This document shows positions 42,059 through 52,436 of a stretch of DNA of 64,000 nt, piece by piece. How positions within the stretch are numbered: the first letter of the stretch is position 1; every line of letters starts with the position of its first letter. The notes under the pieces are model-generated. The model was given only the letters and a program-made list of their open reading frames with translations, had not been told where the DNA came from and did not search any database. The position numbers and the translations under genes were made by a program. The DNA comes from an uncultured Alphaproteobacteria bacterium (GTDB lineage: Bacteria; Pseudomonadota; Alphaproteobacteria; Rhodobacterales; Rhodobacteraceae): NCBI GenBank assembly GCA_963819585.1, contig CAWFWP010000015.1:20886-84885 (forward strand). Direction: 5' to 3'.

Positions 42059-43319
42059 GGGCTAATCCTTGGGCAGGGGAGTCGCGAGCAAGAAGCGCGA
42101 TGGCCGCGAGTTTCAGGACGCAGGGCACAAGGGCATACAGCACGGTCAGCGTCCGCAGGGCAGATTCCGGATTGGCCCCGCCGGTGGTGAAGCCCGCGCT
42201 TTCGAGAAGCGGCAGCAGGATCGCTGCGGCGAAGGCAAGCGTCAGCTTGGACGCAAACGACCAGAGGCCGAATCCCTGCCCGGCCTCGGGCGCGATCTCG
42301 GCCATGCGGCGGGCGAAGAGGGCGGGCAGGATCACGGTATCGGCCCCCAGCATCGCGCCGGATCCGACGCAGACCACGGCGAAGGGCAGCACATCGCCCG
42401 ATCCGAGGGTTGCGGCAAAGCCGAACGACAGGATCGACAGGACCATCGCGGTCAGCAGCACGGGGCGCGCGCCATAGGTCGCGGCGGATCGCGCCCAGAG
42501 CGGGGCGGCGGCGGCGGCAGAGAGGAAGAACAGGATCAGCAGCGGGCCTTCCCAGCCGGGGGCGGCAAGGCGGCTTTCGACAAAGAACAGGAACAGGGTG
42601 GCGGTGACAGCCAAGGGCGCCGCGTTGACGGCGGCAAGGATCAGCAGGCGCAGTGCGGTCGGGTCGCGGAGCACGGCCCCGAAGCCAAGCGGCGACGGCT
42701 CGGCTGCCCCCTGCCATTCCGCCCGCATCGCCCAGGTCGCGGCGAGCGCCAACACCACGAAGGACAGCGCAAAGACCGCATAGGGGGCCGGCGTCAGGGG
42801 AACCAGCAGCGCGGGAGCCATCGCGGCAAGGGTCACGCCGGTCAGCGCACCGCCTTCCCGCCACCCGGCAATCCGCAGATGACCGGACGCGCCCAAGCCC
42901 TTCGCCCGCTCGACGCCACGGGCGTAGAAGGCGATGGTCAGGAAGGAATAGGCGGTGAACATCAGGGCCAGCGTCAGGGCGAACCAGATCACCGGACTGA
43001 ACGGCGGTGCGACCGCGAAGAGGCCGAGCATGGCAAGTGCCATCACGGCGGCCGCAAGCGCCACGGCCATCCCCCGCCAGCGACCGAGCCGGGCGACGAC
43101 CCAGCCCAGCGCCGGATCCTGCACCACATCGAACAGGCGCAGAGCAAACAGCACCGCACCGAGCAGCCCGAGGCCGATGCCGTAGTCCTCGGCATAGACC
43201 TTTGGCGCGTGGATGTAGATCGGCAGCCCCGCCGCCGCCAGCATCGCCGCGAACAGCGCGTAGGACCCCAGCGGTGCCGCCTCGCGGGCCGCTGGCAGGG
43301 GCACTGCGGCCGCAATCAT
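42051..43319 (-). CDS. MFS transporter
   Basis: 12 predicted TM helices, 422 aa. Confidence 0.8.
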   Translation of the reverse strand: MIAAAVPLPAAREAAPLGSYALFAAMLAAAGLPIYIHAPKVYAEDYGIGLGLLGAVLFALRLFDVVQDPALGWVVARLGRWRGMAVALAAAVMALAMLGLFAVAPPFSPVIWFALTLALMFTAYSFLTIAFYARGVERAKGLGASGHLRIAGWREGGALTGVTLAAMAPALLVPLTPAPYAVFALSFVVLALAATWAMRAEWQGAAEPSPLGFGAVLRDPTALRLLILAAVNAAPLAVTATLFLFFVESRLAAPGWEGPLLILFFLSAAAAAPLWARSAATYGARPVLLTAMVLSILSFGFAATLGSGDVLPFAVVCVGSGAMLGADTVILPALFARRMAEIAPEAGQGFGLWSFASKLTLAFAAAILLPLLESAGFTTGGANPESALRTLTVLYALVPCVLKLAAIALLARDSPAQGLAHE

Positions 43320-44076
43320 CGGCTGACCTCGGTCGGCGGCGGGGCCGGCCGTGGACTATACCGCGCCCCCTTCCACCACAGCTTCAGCGCCTGCCAGTGG
43401 ATCAGCCCCAGCACGCGGCGCGAACCGAACGGGTCGGCGCAGACAGGCCGTCAGAATGCCCGCATTTGTCAGCGGCGCGCGCCGTCCGGTCAGCGTGGCC
43501 AGCACGCCCGCCGCCCGGCGTGTCATAATCGATGCGGATCATCAGCCGGTCTGGGCGGATGTCGAAGCGGAACTCATAGCGCCCCGCGACTGGCTGGAAC
43601 GGCGAAACGTGCATAAGCTTGGTCGCCTCGATCCGATCCTCGGGCGTTATCGGCCCCAGATCCGGGCGGTGGCACAGATAGGAATGCCGGTCGCCGAACG
43701 TATTGGTGACTTCCGCGATCACGACACGCAGCGCGTCCGCCCCGTCGCGGCACAGCCAGAAGCTGACGGGGTTGAAGACATGCCCCAGAAAGCGGGGCTG
43801 TGCCAGCAGCGCGATCGACAGGCCAGGAAGCACGATCTGATGCGCCGCAAGGACATCGCGCACCCAGGCCGCACCCCGGCCCTGGCCGGGGGGACCGCCA
43901 TGATCGGCGTCATGCAGCGAGACGAGATTGCGGGCGTTCCGTGAAAACAGCCGCGGCCCGCCCGGCAGCGCTTCGGCATCCGTCAGCACATAGTCGATGC
44001 CATAGGTGAAGGCGTTGGCGACCGCACCGCGCCGACCGTGAAAGGTCGTGCCCCGGATATGGTCGATGCCTGTCAT
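43316..44076 (-). CDS. DUF1365 family protein; frameshift near the 3' end
   Basis: MTGIDHIRGTTFHGRRGAVANAFTYGIDYVLTD… is typical DUF1365. The ORF loses frame after …IRIDYDT. Confidence 0.65.
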
Positions 44077-45368
44077 GCGGCCACCGGAAGCGCGCGGCGC
44101 GCGGCCATCGCTGCGACAACGTCGGCGGCGCTCTGAAATCCGTCCTCGTGGAAGCCGTTGCGCATCCAGGCACCGCAGAACCAGGTGTTCGCGGTCCCGT
44201 TCATCGCGCGGATGTCGGTCTGCGCGGCCAGCGCGCCCAGATCGTAAACCGGATGCCGGAACGTCACCGTGTCATAGATAAGGTCCTGCCGGATCGGTCG
44301 GGCAGAGTTCAGCGTGACGAACATCGGGTCGTCATGCGGGATCGGTTGCAGCGAGTTCATCCAGTAGGTCAGGTCGATCCGGTCAGTCGGCTTGTTCTTC
44401 TGCTCGGAATAGACCCAGCTGGCCCAGGCCAGACGGCGGCGCGGCATCACGGATGTGTCGGCATGCAGCACCGCCTCGTTCGGCTGGTAGCGGATCGCGG
44501 AAAGGGCCGCACGCTCGGCACGTGTCGCATCGGACAGAAGCGCCAGCGCGTCGTCGGAATGGCTGGCGAAGATGACTTCGTCAAATCCCTCCCAGTCGCC
44601 GTTTTCGCAGCGAATTTCGACACCCGGCGCAGTCCGGCGCACGGCAGCCACGGGGGCGGACAGGCGGATCGTCACGCCTGCACGCCGCAACGCGGCCTCC
44701 AGCCGGGTGACATAGGCGACAGACCCTCCCTTGACCGTCAGCCACTGATGCTGGCCGGTATAGGACAAGAGCGCGTGGTTCTCGAAAAACCGGATCAGCG
44801 CCTGGGCGGGAAAGGACAGGATGCCGCGCGTCGGGGTGGACCAGATCGCACCCGACAGGGGCGCGATGTAATAGTCGCGGAACCAGTTGCCCGTCCCGAT
44901 CTTCTCCAGAAGGTCGCCGATGGTCATTGCCGGATCGTCCGCGTCCCGCACCGCCCGGGCGTTGAACCGCAGGATGTCCCGGATCATCCGCATGAATTCA
45001 GGCCGGAACACGTTGCGCCGCTGGGCAAAGACCGCACGCAGGTTGCGCAGCCCGTATTCGATGCGCCCGCCGTCGATGGACGCGCCAAAGCTCATGTCCG
45101 ACGGCGCTATGGGCACGTCGAGATCGGTGAACAGTTTGGTCAGCAGCGGATAGTTCACGCGGTTGAACACGATGAAGCCGGTATCGACAGGCTGGTCGCC
45201 GCGCCTTCCTGCGATAACGGTGCGCGCATGCCCGCCCAGACGCGGCGCAGCCTCGATCAGCGTGACATGGTGGTCGGGTGCCAGAAGGTGGGCGGCTGCC
45301 ATGCCCGATATCCCGCCGCCGATGACCGCGATCCGCCGGGGCGACCGGTCCATCCGTTCCATCAGCAT
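44073..45368 (-). CDS. FAD-dependent amine-oxidase-like oxidoreductase
   Basis: RIAVIGGGISGMAAAHLLA… is a Rossmann GxGxxG motif, 431 aa. This is the first gene of the sigmaE-dependent operon. Confidence 0.8.
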   Translation of the reverse strand: MLMERMDRSPRRIAVIGGGISGMAAAHLLAPDHHVTLIEAAPRLGGHARTVIAGRRGDQPVDTGFIVFNRVNYPLLTKLFTDLDVPIAPSDMSFGASIDGGRIEYGLRNLRAVFAQRRNVFRPEFMRMIRDILRFNARAVRDADDPAMTIGDLLEKIGTGNWFRDYYIAPLSGAIWSTPTRGILSFPAQALIRFFENHALLSYTGQHQWLTVKGGSVAYVTRLEAALRRAGVTIRLSAPVAAVRRTAPGVEIRCENGDWEGFDEVIFASHSDDALALLSDATRAERAALSAIRYQPNEAVLHADTSVMPRRRLAWASWVYSEQKNKPTDRIDLTYWMNSLQPIPHDDPMFVTLNSARPIRQDLIYDTVTFRHPVYDLGALAAQTDIRAMNGTANTWFCGAWMRNGFHEDGFQSAADVVAAMAARRALPVAA

Positions 45369-45401
45369 TCCGAGAAGCCCTTCCCTGTCGTCGATCAGAT
45401 T

Positions 45402-45427
45402 ACGTGACTGACGCAGGTTCGGATCAG
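45402..45427 (-). promoter_or_regulatory. SigmaE-type promoter (TGATCC-N16-CGTAAT) reading into the oxidoreductase–DUF1365–MFS–DUF3833–SDR operon
   Basis: On the minus strand: ggcTGATCCgaacctgcgtcagtcaCGTAat, about 30 nt upstream of the ATG at 45368. Confidence 0.5.
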
Positions 45428-45455
45428 CCTTGCCAGAAGTTGCATAAGCGCGCGT

Positions 45456-45481
45456 GATCCGATTTCAGGCGCGTGTCGTAG
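45456..45481 (+). promoter_or_regulatory. SigmaE-type autoregulatory promoter (TGATCC-N16-CGTAGA) for rpoE-chrR
   Basis: cgTGATCCgatttcaggcgcgtgtCGTAgaaacacc lies just before the ORF. The sigmaE consensus is recalled from the Rhodobacter literature. Confidence 0.5.
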
Positions 45482-45488
45482 AAACACC

Positions 45489-46154
45489 ATGTTGACCGCG
45501 ACCGACGCTCTGAGGTTTCTGGACGTGCCGCCGAAAAAGATGTCGCCTGCCCGGACGGCGGGTGTGGCGGAGCGGAGGCTTTCGGGAAAGAGGGTGCCTT
45601 TGGGTGTCGATACGCAGGGGACTGACTGGGCCGAGGCCATGCTGCGGGTGCGCGACGGGCGTGACCAGGCGGCCTTTGCCGCGCTGTTCCGTTTCTATGC
45701 GCCACGGGTCAAGGCATTTCTGATGAAGGCGGGCGCGTCGGCGGCCCATGCCGAGGAATACATGCAGGACGTGATGGCGACGGTCTGGAACAAGGCGCAT
45801 CTCTACGATCCGACCCGCGCCAGCGTGGCGACGTGGATCTACACAATCGCGCGCAACCGCCGCATCGACGCGCTTCGCAAGTCGCGCCGCCCTGAACCCG
45901 AAGACTTGGACTGGGGCCCAGAGGCGGAGCCGGACCACGTCGATGTGATGACGTTCCAGCAGGAAACGGCGCGCCTGGGCGCGGCACTCGCGGCGCTGCC
46001 CGAAGCGCAGAGAAAACTGATCGAACGCGCCTACTACGGCGACCTTAGCCACAGCGAGATCGCCTCGGAAACGGGACTCCCGCTGGGCACCATCAAATCG
46101 CGCATACGCCTGGCACTGGACCGGCTGCGCCACGACATGAGTGTGAAGAGATGA
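45489..46154 (+). CDS. rpoE: ECF sigma factor RpoE (sigmaE); true start may be downstream (45541 ATG or about 45601 TTG)
   Basis: …TDWAEAMLRVRDGRDQAAFAALFRFYAPRVKAFLMKAGASAAHAEEYMQDVMATVWNKAHLYDPTRASVATWIYTIARNRRIDALRK… closely resembles R. sphaeroides RpoE. Confidence 0.85.
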   Translation: MLTATDALRFLDVPPKKMSPARTAGVAERRLSGKRVPLGVDTQGTDWAEAMLRVRDGRDQAAFAALFRFYAPRVKAFLMKAGASAAHAEEYMQDVMATVWNKAHLYDPTRASVATWIYTIARNRRIDALRKSRRPEPEDLDWGPEAEPDHVDVMTFQQETARLGAALAALPEAQRKLIERAYYGDLSHSEIASETGLPLGTIKSRIRLALDRLRHDMSVKR

Positions 46155-46798
46155 CCGAACCGATCAAGCACCACCTGACCGACGACTTGCTTATGGCCTA
46201 TTCCACGGGCGAACTGCCCGAGGCGTTCAGCCTGGTTGTGGCGACCCATGTGTCGCTCTGCGATGAGTGCCGCGCACGGCTAGGCAGCTTTGAGGCGGTC
46301 GGCGGCGAGGTTCTGGAAGCGATGCAAGGCGCGTCCGTCTCCGAGGCCAGCTTCGAGGCCGCGCTAGCGCGCATCACCGGTCAGCCGGTCGAGGCGCCGC
46401 GGCCGATCCGTGCCAAGGGACTATTCCCTTCACCCTTGCAGGACTACGTGGGCGGCGATCTGGCGGCGGTGAGGTGGAAATCGGTCGGCATGGGCGTGCG
46501 GCAAGCGATCCTGCCCGTGGCGCGCGGCGCGACTGTGCGTCTGCTGCACATCCCCGCAGGCGGGGCGATGCCGGATCATGGCCACAAAGGGCGCGAGATG
46601 ACGCTGGTCCTGCAGGGCGCGTTCAGCGACGCGGACGGTCGCTATGGCCGGGGCGACGTGGAAATCGCGGATGACGCGGTGCAGCATACGCCCGTCGCCG
46701 AAGCGGGCCAGGACTGCATCTGCCTTGCGGCAACCGAGGCCCCGCTGCGCTTCCGCAGTCTGATCCCGCGTCTGGTCCAGCCGTTCTTCCGCATCTGA
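46151..46798 (+). CDS. chrR: Anti-sigmaE factor ChrR (zinc anti-sigma plus cupin)
   Basis: MTEPIKHHLTDDLLMAYSTGELPEAFSLVVATHVSLCDECRARL… is an N-terminal zinc-binding anti-sigma domain, followed by a C-terminal cupin (HIPAGGAMPDHGHKG). Confidence 0.85.
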   Translation: MTEPIKHHLTDDLLMAYSTGELPEAFSLVVATHVSLCDECRARLGSFEAVGGEVLEAMQGASVSEASFEAALARITGQPVEAPRPIRAKGLFPSPLQDYVGGDLAAVRWKSVGMGVRQAILPVARGATVRLLHIPAGGAMPDHGHKGREMTLVLQGAFSDADGRYGRGDVEIADDAVQHTPVAEAGQDCICLAATEAPLRFRSLIPRLVQPFFRI

Positions 46799-46804
46799 CG
46801 CGCC

Positions 46805-48590
46805 TCAGCGCCGCCCGAACAGCCGCTCGATATCGGCCAGCGCCAGGCTGACATAGGTCGGTCGCCCGTGGTTGCACTGGCCGGATGCGGGCGTCGCCTC
46901 CATCTCGCGCAGCAGTGCGTTCATTTCCTCCGGGCGCAGCTGGCGGCCTGACCTGACCGATCCGTGGCAGGACATCCGCGACAGGATCGCGTCGATGCGC
47001 GAGCGCACCAGCGCACTGGCACCAGCATCCCTCAATTCGTCGATGATGTCGCGCAGCAGGGCTTGTGCGTTCACCGCGCCGAGGATGGCCGGGGTTTCGC
47101 GGACGACGACAGCACTGCCGCCGAAGGGCTCGACCGACAGACCGAGGCCATGCAGATCGTCCGCGTGATCCAGAATCAGGGCGGCATCAGCGGCGGTCAG
47201 ATCGACGATGTCGGGGATCAGCAGCGCCTGCGCGGCGATGCCGTGATCGTTCAGCTGAGCTTTCATGCGCTCATAGACCAGCCGCTCATGCGCGGCATGC
47301 TGATCAACGATGACTATACCGTCGGCCGTCTGGGCAATGATGTAATTCTCGTGCACCTGCGCGCGCGCCGCGCCGAGAGGGCGATCCGCATCCGACAGAT
47401 CGGCGTCCGTCACGCGCGCAAATGTCGTCGCCTGTTCGGCGAAGCCCGTCATCGGGGCCTGCATCGCAAGGGCGGCGGACAGCGCGCGTGGACCAGGGCG
47501 GTCCATCTGGTAGATGCGGGGCTCCGGGCGGATCGCGGCGAGCGTAGCGTCGCCTACCGTCGAGGACGCCCGGCGCGCGCCCTCGGCCAGCGTTTGCCGC
47601 AGCGCCGTGACGATCAGCGACCGGGCGGCGGCCGGGTCGCGGAACCGGACCTCGGCCTTGGCCGGGTGGACGTTCACATCCACAAGCTCCGGCGCGCAGG
47701 TCAGGGTCAGGACCGCGGCGGGATGCCGGTCACGCGACAGAAAGTCGAAATAGGCGGCACGCAGTGCCCCGGTCAGCAGCTTGTCGCGGACCGGGCGACC
47801 ATTCACGAACAGGAACTGTTCGACCGCAGCCCCCCGCGAATAGGTCGGCAACGCTGCATAGCCCGTCAACCGCAGACCGTCCCGCACCGCATCGACCGCC
47901 AGCGCGTTGGCGGTGAACTCCGCCCCCAGAATGCAGGTCAGACGCCGCGCCAGCGCGTCGTGGTTGTTGTCCGTTTCGGCATCCGCGCGCAGGATCGTCC
48001 GGTCATCGCCGCCGGTCTGGTCGGTCAGAGTGAAGGCGACGCCCGGGGCTGCCATCGCCAGCCTGCGCATCACGTCTCCGATCAGCCTGCGCCTCGGCCC
48101 GGTCCGTGCGCAGGAATTTCAGCCGGGCGGGCGTCGCGTAGAAAATGTCGCGCAGCTCCACGACCGTACCACGCTTCAGTGCCACAGGCCGGACGGGCGA
48201 CATGCGGCCCGCGTCCACCGTCAGCGTTGCAGCCTCTTCGCCCTGCACACGGCTGGTCAGCGTCAGCCGACCGACCGCGCCGAGCGACGCCAGCGCTTCG
48301 CCCCGGAATCCGAAGGACCGTATGTCGGTCAGATCGGATCCGTCGATCTTCGATGTCGCATGGCGCGCGACCGCCAGCGGCAGGTCGGCAGCAGTCATGC
48401 CGCAGCCGTCATCCGTAACGCGGATCAGGGTCTTGCCGCCGTCAGCGAAAGCGACCGATATGCGGGTCGCCCCAGCGTCCAGGGCGTTCTCGACCAGTTC
48501 CTTGACGGCGCTAGCCGGGCGCTCCACCACCTCGCCCGCCGCGATGCGGTTCACCGCAGCCTCATCCAACGCGCGGATCACGGGGCGCAT
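46805..48590 (-). CDS. mutL: DNA mismatch repair protein MutL; frameshift near 48040-48075; start could be 48623
   Basis: [41 protein letters not shown]… is the GHKL ATPase. The C-terminal dimerisation domain ends …[20 protein letters not shown]. Confidence 0.85.
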
Positions 48591-48771
48591 TGGGGGGCGT
48601 ATATGGGGGGTCGGCGCATTCATGCCGCTAGGGTTAGCACGCGCCAGGGGATTCGGCCAGTTCGACCAACGGACCTGAACGGCGGCCCGGCTGAAAACCC
48701 CTGCTGCTTCCACCGCCGTCTGGCAGCTATCCTGGGCTTCCGTTATCAGGGGTCGGATGCAGGGAGGGGCG

Positions 48772-49827
48772 ATGCCGGCCAATATCCGCGAGACCGACGT
48801 GATCGCGCCGAACCTGAAGCGTCGGCTGTCGGGCGTTACCGCGACCATCGCGCGTCTGGTTCCGGTGCAGGCGGGCATGATCGGAATCGCGGCAACCGGC
48901 CCGGGCCTGCCCGACAATGTGCCGCATATCCCGCTCTGGCGGTGCGCGATCCTGCCGCGCGACCGCTGGCGCGTCTGGCATGCGCGCCGAAACACCGAAA
49001 TGCTCGCAGGGCTGTTCCTGCGGCATGTCTGTTTCCGGCGTCTGCGACTGCTGTTCACCTCGGCCTCGCAGCGCAGACACTCTGCCTATACCAAATGGCT
49101 GATTTCGCGGATGGACGCGGTGGTAGCCACCTCTCGCCGGACGGCGGCCTTTCTGGAACGTCCTGCGGACGTTGTGATGCACGGGATCGATGCGTCGGCG
49201 TTCTTCCCGGCGGATGGGCCGACGAGAGCCGATCTGCGCCGCAGGCTTGGCCTGCCGACAGACGGCATTCTGGTCGGATGCTATGGCCGGATACGGGCGC
49301 AGAAGGGAACCGGCGACTTTGTCGCGGCAATGTCGCGTCTGCTGCCGGATCGGCCGGAGGTGACGGCGCTGGTGATGGGGCGCGCCACGGACACGCATGC
49401 GGCGTTTCTTCGCGATCTGGTGGCCGGGGTCGGGGCGGGGGGACTGACCGGGCGCATCCGCTTTCTGCCGGAGGTGCCGGTGGATGGCATCGCGGATTGG
49501 TACCGCGTGCTCGATCTTTTTGTCGCGCCGCAGAGGTGGGAGGGATTCGGTCTGACGCCGATCGAGGCTATGGCGTGTGGCGTGCCGGTGGTCGCCACCC
49601 GGGTCGGGGCCTTCGAGGAAATCGTAGAGGACGGCGTGACGGGAACTCTTTGTGATCCGGGCGACCCCGAAGGCCTCGCATCAGGTGTCGCCCGGTGGCT
49701 CGATGATCCGGCGGGGCGCGCGACTGCAGGCGCGGCCGCGCGCGGCCGGGTCCTTGCACGGTTCCGGATCGAGGATGAAGCGGCGGCCCTGGTGAAAATC
49801 TACCGACGGTTGCTGGTATGGGCCTGA
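48772..49827 (+). CDS. Glycosyltransferase family 4 (GT1 fold)
   Basis: …[42 protein letters not shown]… is the E-X7-E region. Confidence 0.75.
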   Translation: MPANIRETDVIAPNLKRRLSGVTATIARLVPVQAGMIGIAATGPGLPDNVPHIPLWRCAILPRDRWRVWHARRNTEMLAGLFLRHVCFRRLRLLFTSASQRRHSAYTKWLISRMDAVVATSRRTAAFLERPADVVMHGIDASAFFPADGPTRADLRRRLGLPTDGILVGCYGRIRAQKGTGDFVAAMSRLLPDRPEVTALVMGRATDTHAAFLRDLVAGVGAGGLTGRIRFLPEVPVDGIADWYRVLDLFVAPQRWEGFGLTPIEAMACGVPVVATRVGAFEEIVEDGVTGTLCDPGDPEGLASGVARWLDDPAGRATAGAAARGRVLARFRIEDEAAALVKIYRRLLVWA

Positions 49828-50432
49828 TCGGTTTCCTCATCGCGCGGACTCTGCGGCGCGAGGCCCCGATAGCCCGCAGGTCCGTGGCTCTGGACGTCTT
49901 GCTGCGCGAAGTTGATGGCCGCAGCGTCGCCCTTGTCGGCAACGCCCGGTCGCTGTCATCCGGCAATTCCGGCCATGCCATCGACGCCGCCGACATCGTC
50001 ATCCGCATCAACCGCGCGCCGATGCCCGCGACCCGCACGCATGGCAGCCGCACCGACTGGCTGGCGCTCGCAACCTCGATCTCCGCCGCCGACCTCGACC
50101 GCATCCGCCCGAAGCGCATCCTGTGGATGTCGCCCAAGCGCAAGCGCCTGGCCTATGACGTCGCCAAATCGCCCGGCTTCTACCTGCATCCGCTGCCGCG
50201 CATCGCCGCCCTTGCCGCGACCTTGGGCGCGCCGCCCACCACCGGCCTGATGATGATCGACCTCCTGGCTGCCAGCGGCCTTGCGCGCCTCGACCTCTAC
50301 GGCTTCGATTTCTTCGCCTCGCTGTCCCTGACCGGCAGCCGCACCGCCGATCAGGTGCCGCATGACTTCGCCGCCGAGCGCCGGTTCGTCGAGGCGCTGG
50401 CGGCGCGCGACCCGCGCATCCGCCTCGCCTGA
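49818..50432 (+). CDS. Glycosyltransferase-like protein with sialyltransferase (GT29)-like L and S motifs
   Basis: VALVGNARSLSSGNSGHAIDAADIVIRINRAP resembles the L-motif. PTTGLMMIDLLAASGLARLDLYGFDFF resembles the S-motif. 204 aa. Confidence 0.45.
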   Translation: MGLIGFLIARTLRREAPIARRSVALDVLLREVDGRSVALVGNARSLSSGNSGHAIDAADIVIRINRAPMPATRTHGSRTDWLALATSISAADLDRIRPKRILWMSPKRKRLAYDVAKSPGFYLHPLPRIAALAATLGAPPTTGLMMIDLLAASGLARLDLYGFDFFASLSLTGSRTADQVPHDFAAERRFVEALAARDPRIRLA

Positions 50433-50525
50433 CCATCACCATTGGTGATACCGCGCTCCCGGCCCTTCCCCCGCGCGGGCCTTTCCGCTATGCGGCCCCC
50501 CGTTGATCGTCGGGAGATTGGCCGG

Positions 50526-51548
50526 ATGGGCTATCGTGTCGTTGTCGCAGGGGCCACCGGGAACGTGGGCCGCGAAATGCTGAACATCCTCGCCGAACGG
50601 GAATTCCCGGTCGATGAGATCGCAGCGCTTGCATCGCGCAAGTCGCTGGGGACCGAGATCAGCTTCGGAGACAAGACACTCAAGACCAGAGACCTAGACA
50701 CCTTCGACTTCACCGGCTGGGACATCGCGCTCTTCGCCGTCGGCTCTGATGCGACGAAGGTCTATGCGCCCAAGGCCGCTGCGGCGGGCTGCATCGTCAT
50801 CGATAACTCGTCGCTCTACCGCTATGACCCCGACGTGCCGCTGATCGTCCCTGAGGTGAACGCCGACGCGATCATGGGCTATGCCAAGAAGAACATCATC
50901 GCCAACCCCAACTGCTCGACCGCCCAGATGGTCGTCGCGCTGAAGCCCCTGCATGACCGCGCCCGGATCAAGCGTGTCGTCGTCAGCACCTATCAGTCGG
51001 TGTCGGGTGCCGGGAAGGAAGGCATCGACGAGCTCTGGGACCAGACCAAGGCGATCTACAACCCGACCGCGCATGTGCCGCCGAAGAAATTCCCCCGGCA
51101 GATCGCGTTCAACGTGATCCCGCAGATCGACGTCTTCCTTGATGACGGCTTCACCAAGGAAGAATGGAAGATGGTCGCCGAGACCAAGAAGATCCTCGAC
51201 AAGAAGATCAAGGTCACGGCCACCTGCGTCCGCGTCCCGGTCTTTGTCGGCCATTCGGAATCGGTGAACATCGAGTTCGAGGAGTTCCTCGACTGGGAAG
51301 AAGCGACCGACATCCTGCGCGAGGCGCCGGGCATCATGGTCGTCGATAAGCGCGAACCCGGCGGCTACATCACCCCCATCGAATGCGTCGGCGACTACGC
51401 CACCTTCGTCAGCCGCATCCGCCAGGACAGCACCATCGACAACGGCCTGTCGATGTGGATCGTGTCCGACAACCTGCGCAAGGGGGCCGCGCTCAACGCG
51501 GTGCAGATCGCGGAAGTGCTGGGAAACCGGGTGCTGAAGAAGGGGTGA
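50526..51548 (+). CDS. asd: Aspartate-semialdehyde dehydrogenase
   Basis: MGYRVVVAGATGNVGREMLNILAEREFPVDEIAALASRKS…NCSTAQMVVALKPL…, 340 aa. Confidence 0.9.
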   Translation: MGYRVVVAGATGNVGREMLNILAEREFPVDEIAALASRKSLGTEISFGDKTLKTRDLDTFDFTGWDIALFAVGSDATKVYAPKAAAAGCIVIDNSSLYRYDPDVPLIVPEVNADAIMGYAKKNIIANPNCSTAQMVVALKPLHDRARIKRVVVSTYQSVSGAGKEGIDELWDQTKAIYNPTAHVPPKKFPRQIAFNVIPQIDVFLDDGFTKEEWKMVAETKKILDKKIKVTATCVRVPVFVGHSESVNIEFEEFLDWEEATDILREAPGIMVVDKREPGGYITPIECVGDYATFVSRIRQDSTIDNGLSMWIVSDNLRKGAALNAVQIAEVLGNRVLKKG

Positions 51549-51618
51549 GGCGAGCACGTCGTTCTCTCAATTTCAACTGGCCGGAGAGAAAGCAGCCGTC
51601 TGCAGCGTCGGATAGGGC

Positions 51619-52113
51619 TTACTCCAGTGGCAGAATGCTGAGCTCCTTTGACGACTCGACCAAAATCGCCTCGCCCTTCGGAGTATTGACCAGGATCCAA
51701 GGCACTATTCGCAGGTAGCGCCTTGGAAAGCGGAGCTCTCTCGGCAATTCAGAACGGATTGCCGTCATCCTAGACTGCTCGTCTACAATAATGAATAAGG
51801 CGGCCAGCGGTGGGGAGGCATCGCAGGCTTGGTCAGCGCGCCTCACGACAACCGCGTCGCACAGTTTGCCGGCGCCGGAATGCTTCCCATCCCGGCACTG
51901 ACCCAAAAAACGATAGACATCATGATAGTCTAGACGGAGGACCTCGATCACAGCATCGTCTGGCACACTCATCTCGCATGCCTTTGCCAAAGCACTCTTT
52001 TCTTCGTCGGTGGCCTTGCCCCTTTGGACAGTCGGAAAAGTAGACAAAGCAGCCTCAGCAGTGGCGATCAGAATAGCGGTCGCCAAGAGCAAGCGTTGCA
52101 ACTCAGCTTTCAT
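51619..52113 (-). CDS. Secreted hypothetical protein carried in a lower-GC insert next to asd
   Basis: Signal peptide MKAELQRLLLATAILIATAEAA and four Cys residues. No family recognised. Confidence 0.4.
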   Translation of the reverse strand: MKAELQRLLLATAILIATAEAALSTFPTVQRGKATDEEKSALAKACEMSVPDDAVIEVLRLDYHDVYRFLGQCRDGKHSGAGKLCDAVVVRRADQACDASPPLAALFIIVDEQSRMTAIRSELPRELRFPRRYLRIVPWILVNTPKGEAILVESSKELSILPLE

Positions 52114-52239
52114 GCTTCACCTTTTTCTTGCGTCGCCACTACCCAACTTCTGAGCCGGTCGAGACAGTAGGGTTTTGCAAACTTAAGGCAGCGGTGAGCG
52201 GAATGCCAAGTAACCGTGTAGAATGCTTCTTCGAGAGTG

Positions 52240-52388
52240 TAATCTACGTGTCGCGCATCCTGCCGCACAGCACCATCGAGAACGGACTGGGCATGTGGAT
52301 CATCTCCGACAACCTGCCGAAGTGCGTGGCGCTGAACGCCGTCCAGATCGCGGAAGTGCTGGGCAATCGGGTGTTGAAGAAGGGGTGA
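52240..52388 (+). pseudogene. Diverged duplicate of the asd 3' end (last ~48 codons)
   Basis: …YVSRILPHSTIENGLGMWIISDNLPKCVALNAVQIAEVLGNRVLKKG* compares with the asd C-terminus …FVSRIRQDSTIDNGLSMWIVSDNLRKGAALNAVQIAEVLGNRVLKKG*. DNA identity is about 85%, and the last about 35 bp are identical. Confidence 0.6.
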
Positions 52389-52414
52389 GGCGAGCGGGGC
52401 GTGTGCGGTCCCAA

Positions 52415-52436
52415 GGGCACCTTCGGGTGCCCTTTT
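52415..52436 (+). terminator. Rho-independent terminator (GGGCACC-ttcg-GGTGCCC-TTTT) after the asd 3' duplicate; convergent with the aminotransferase gene
   Basis: 7-bp GC stem with a GNRA-like loop and T4. Confidence 0.5.
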
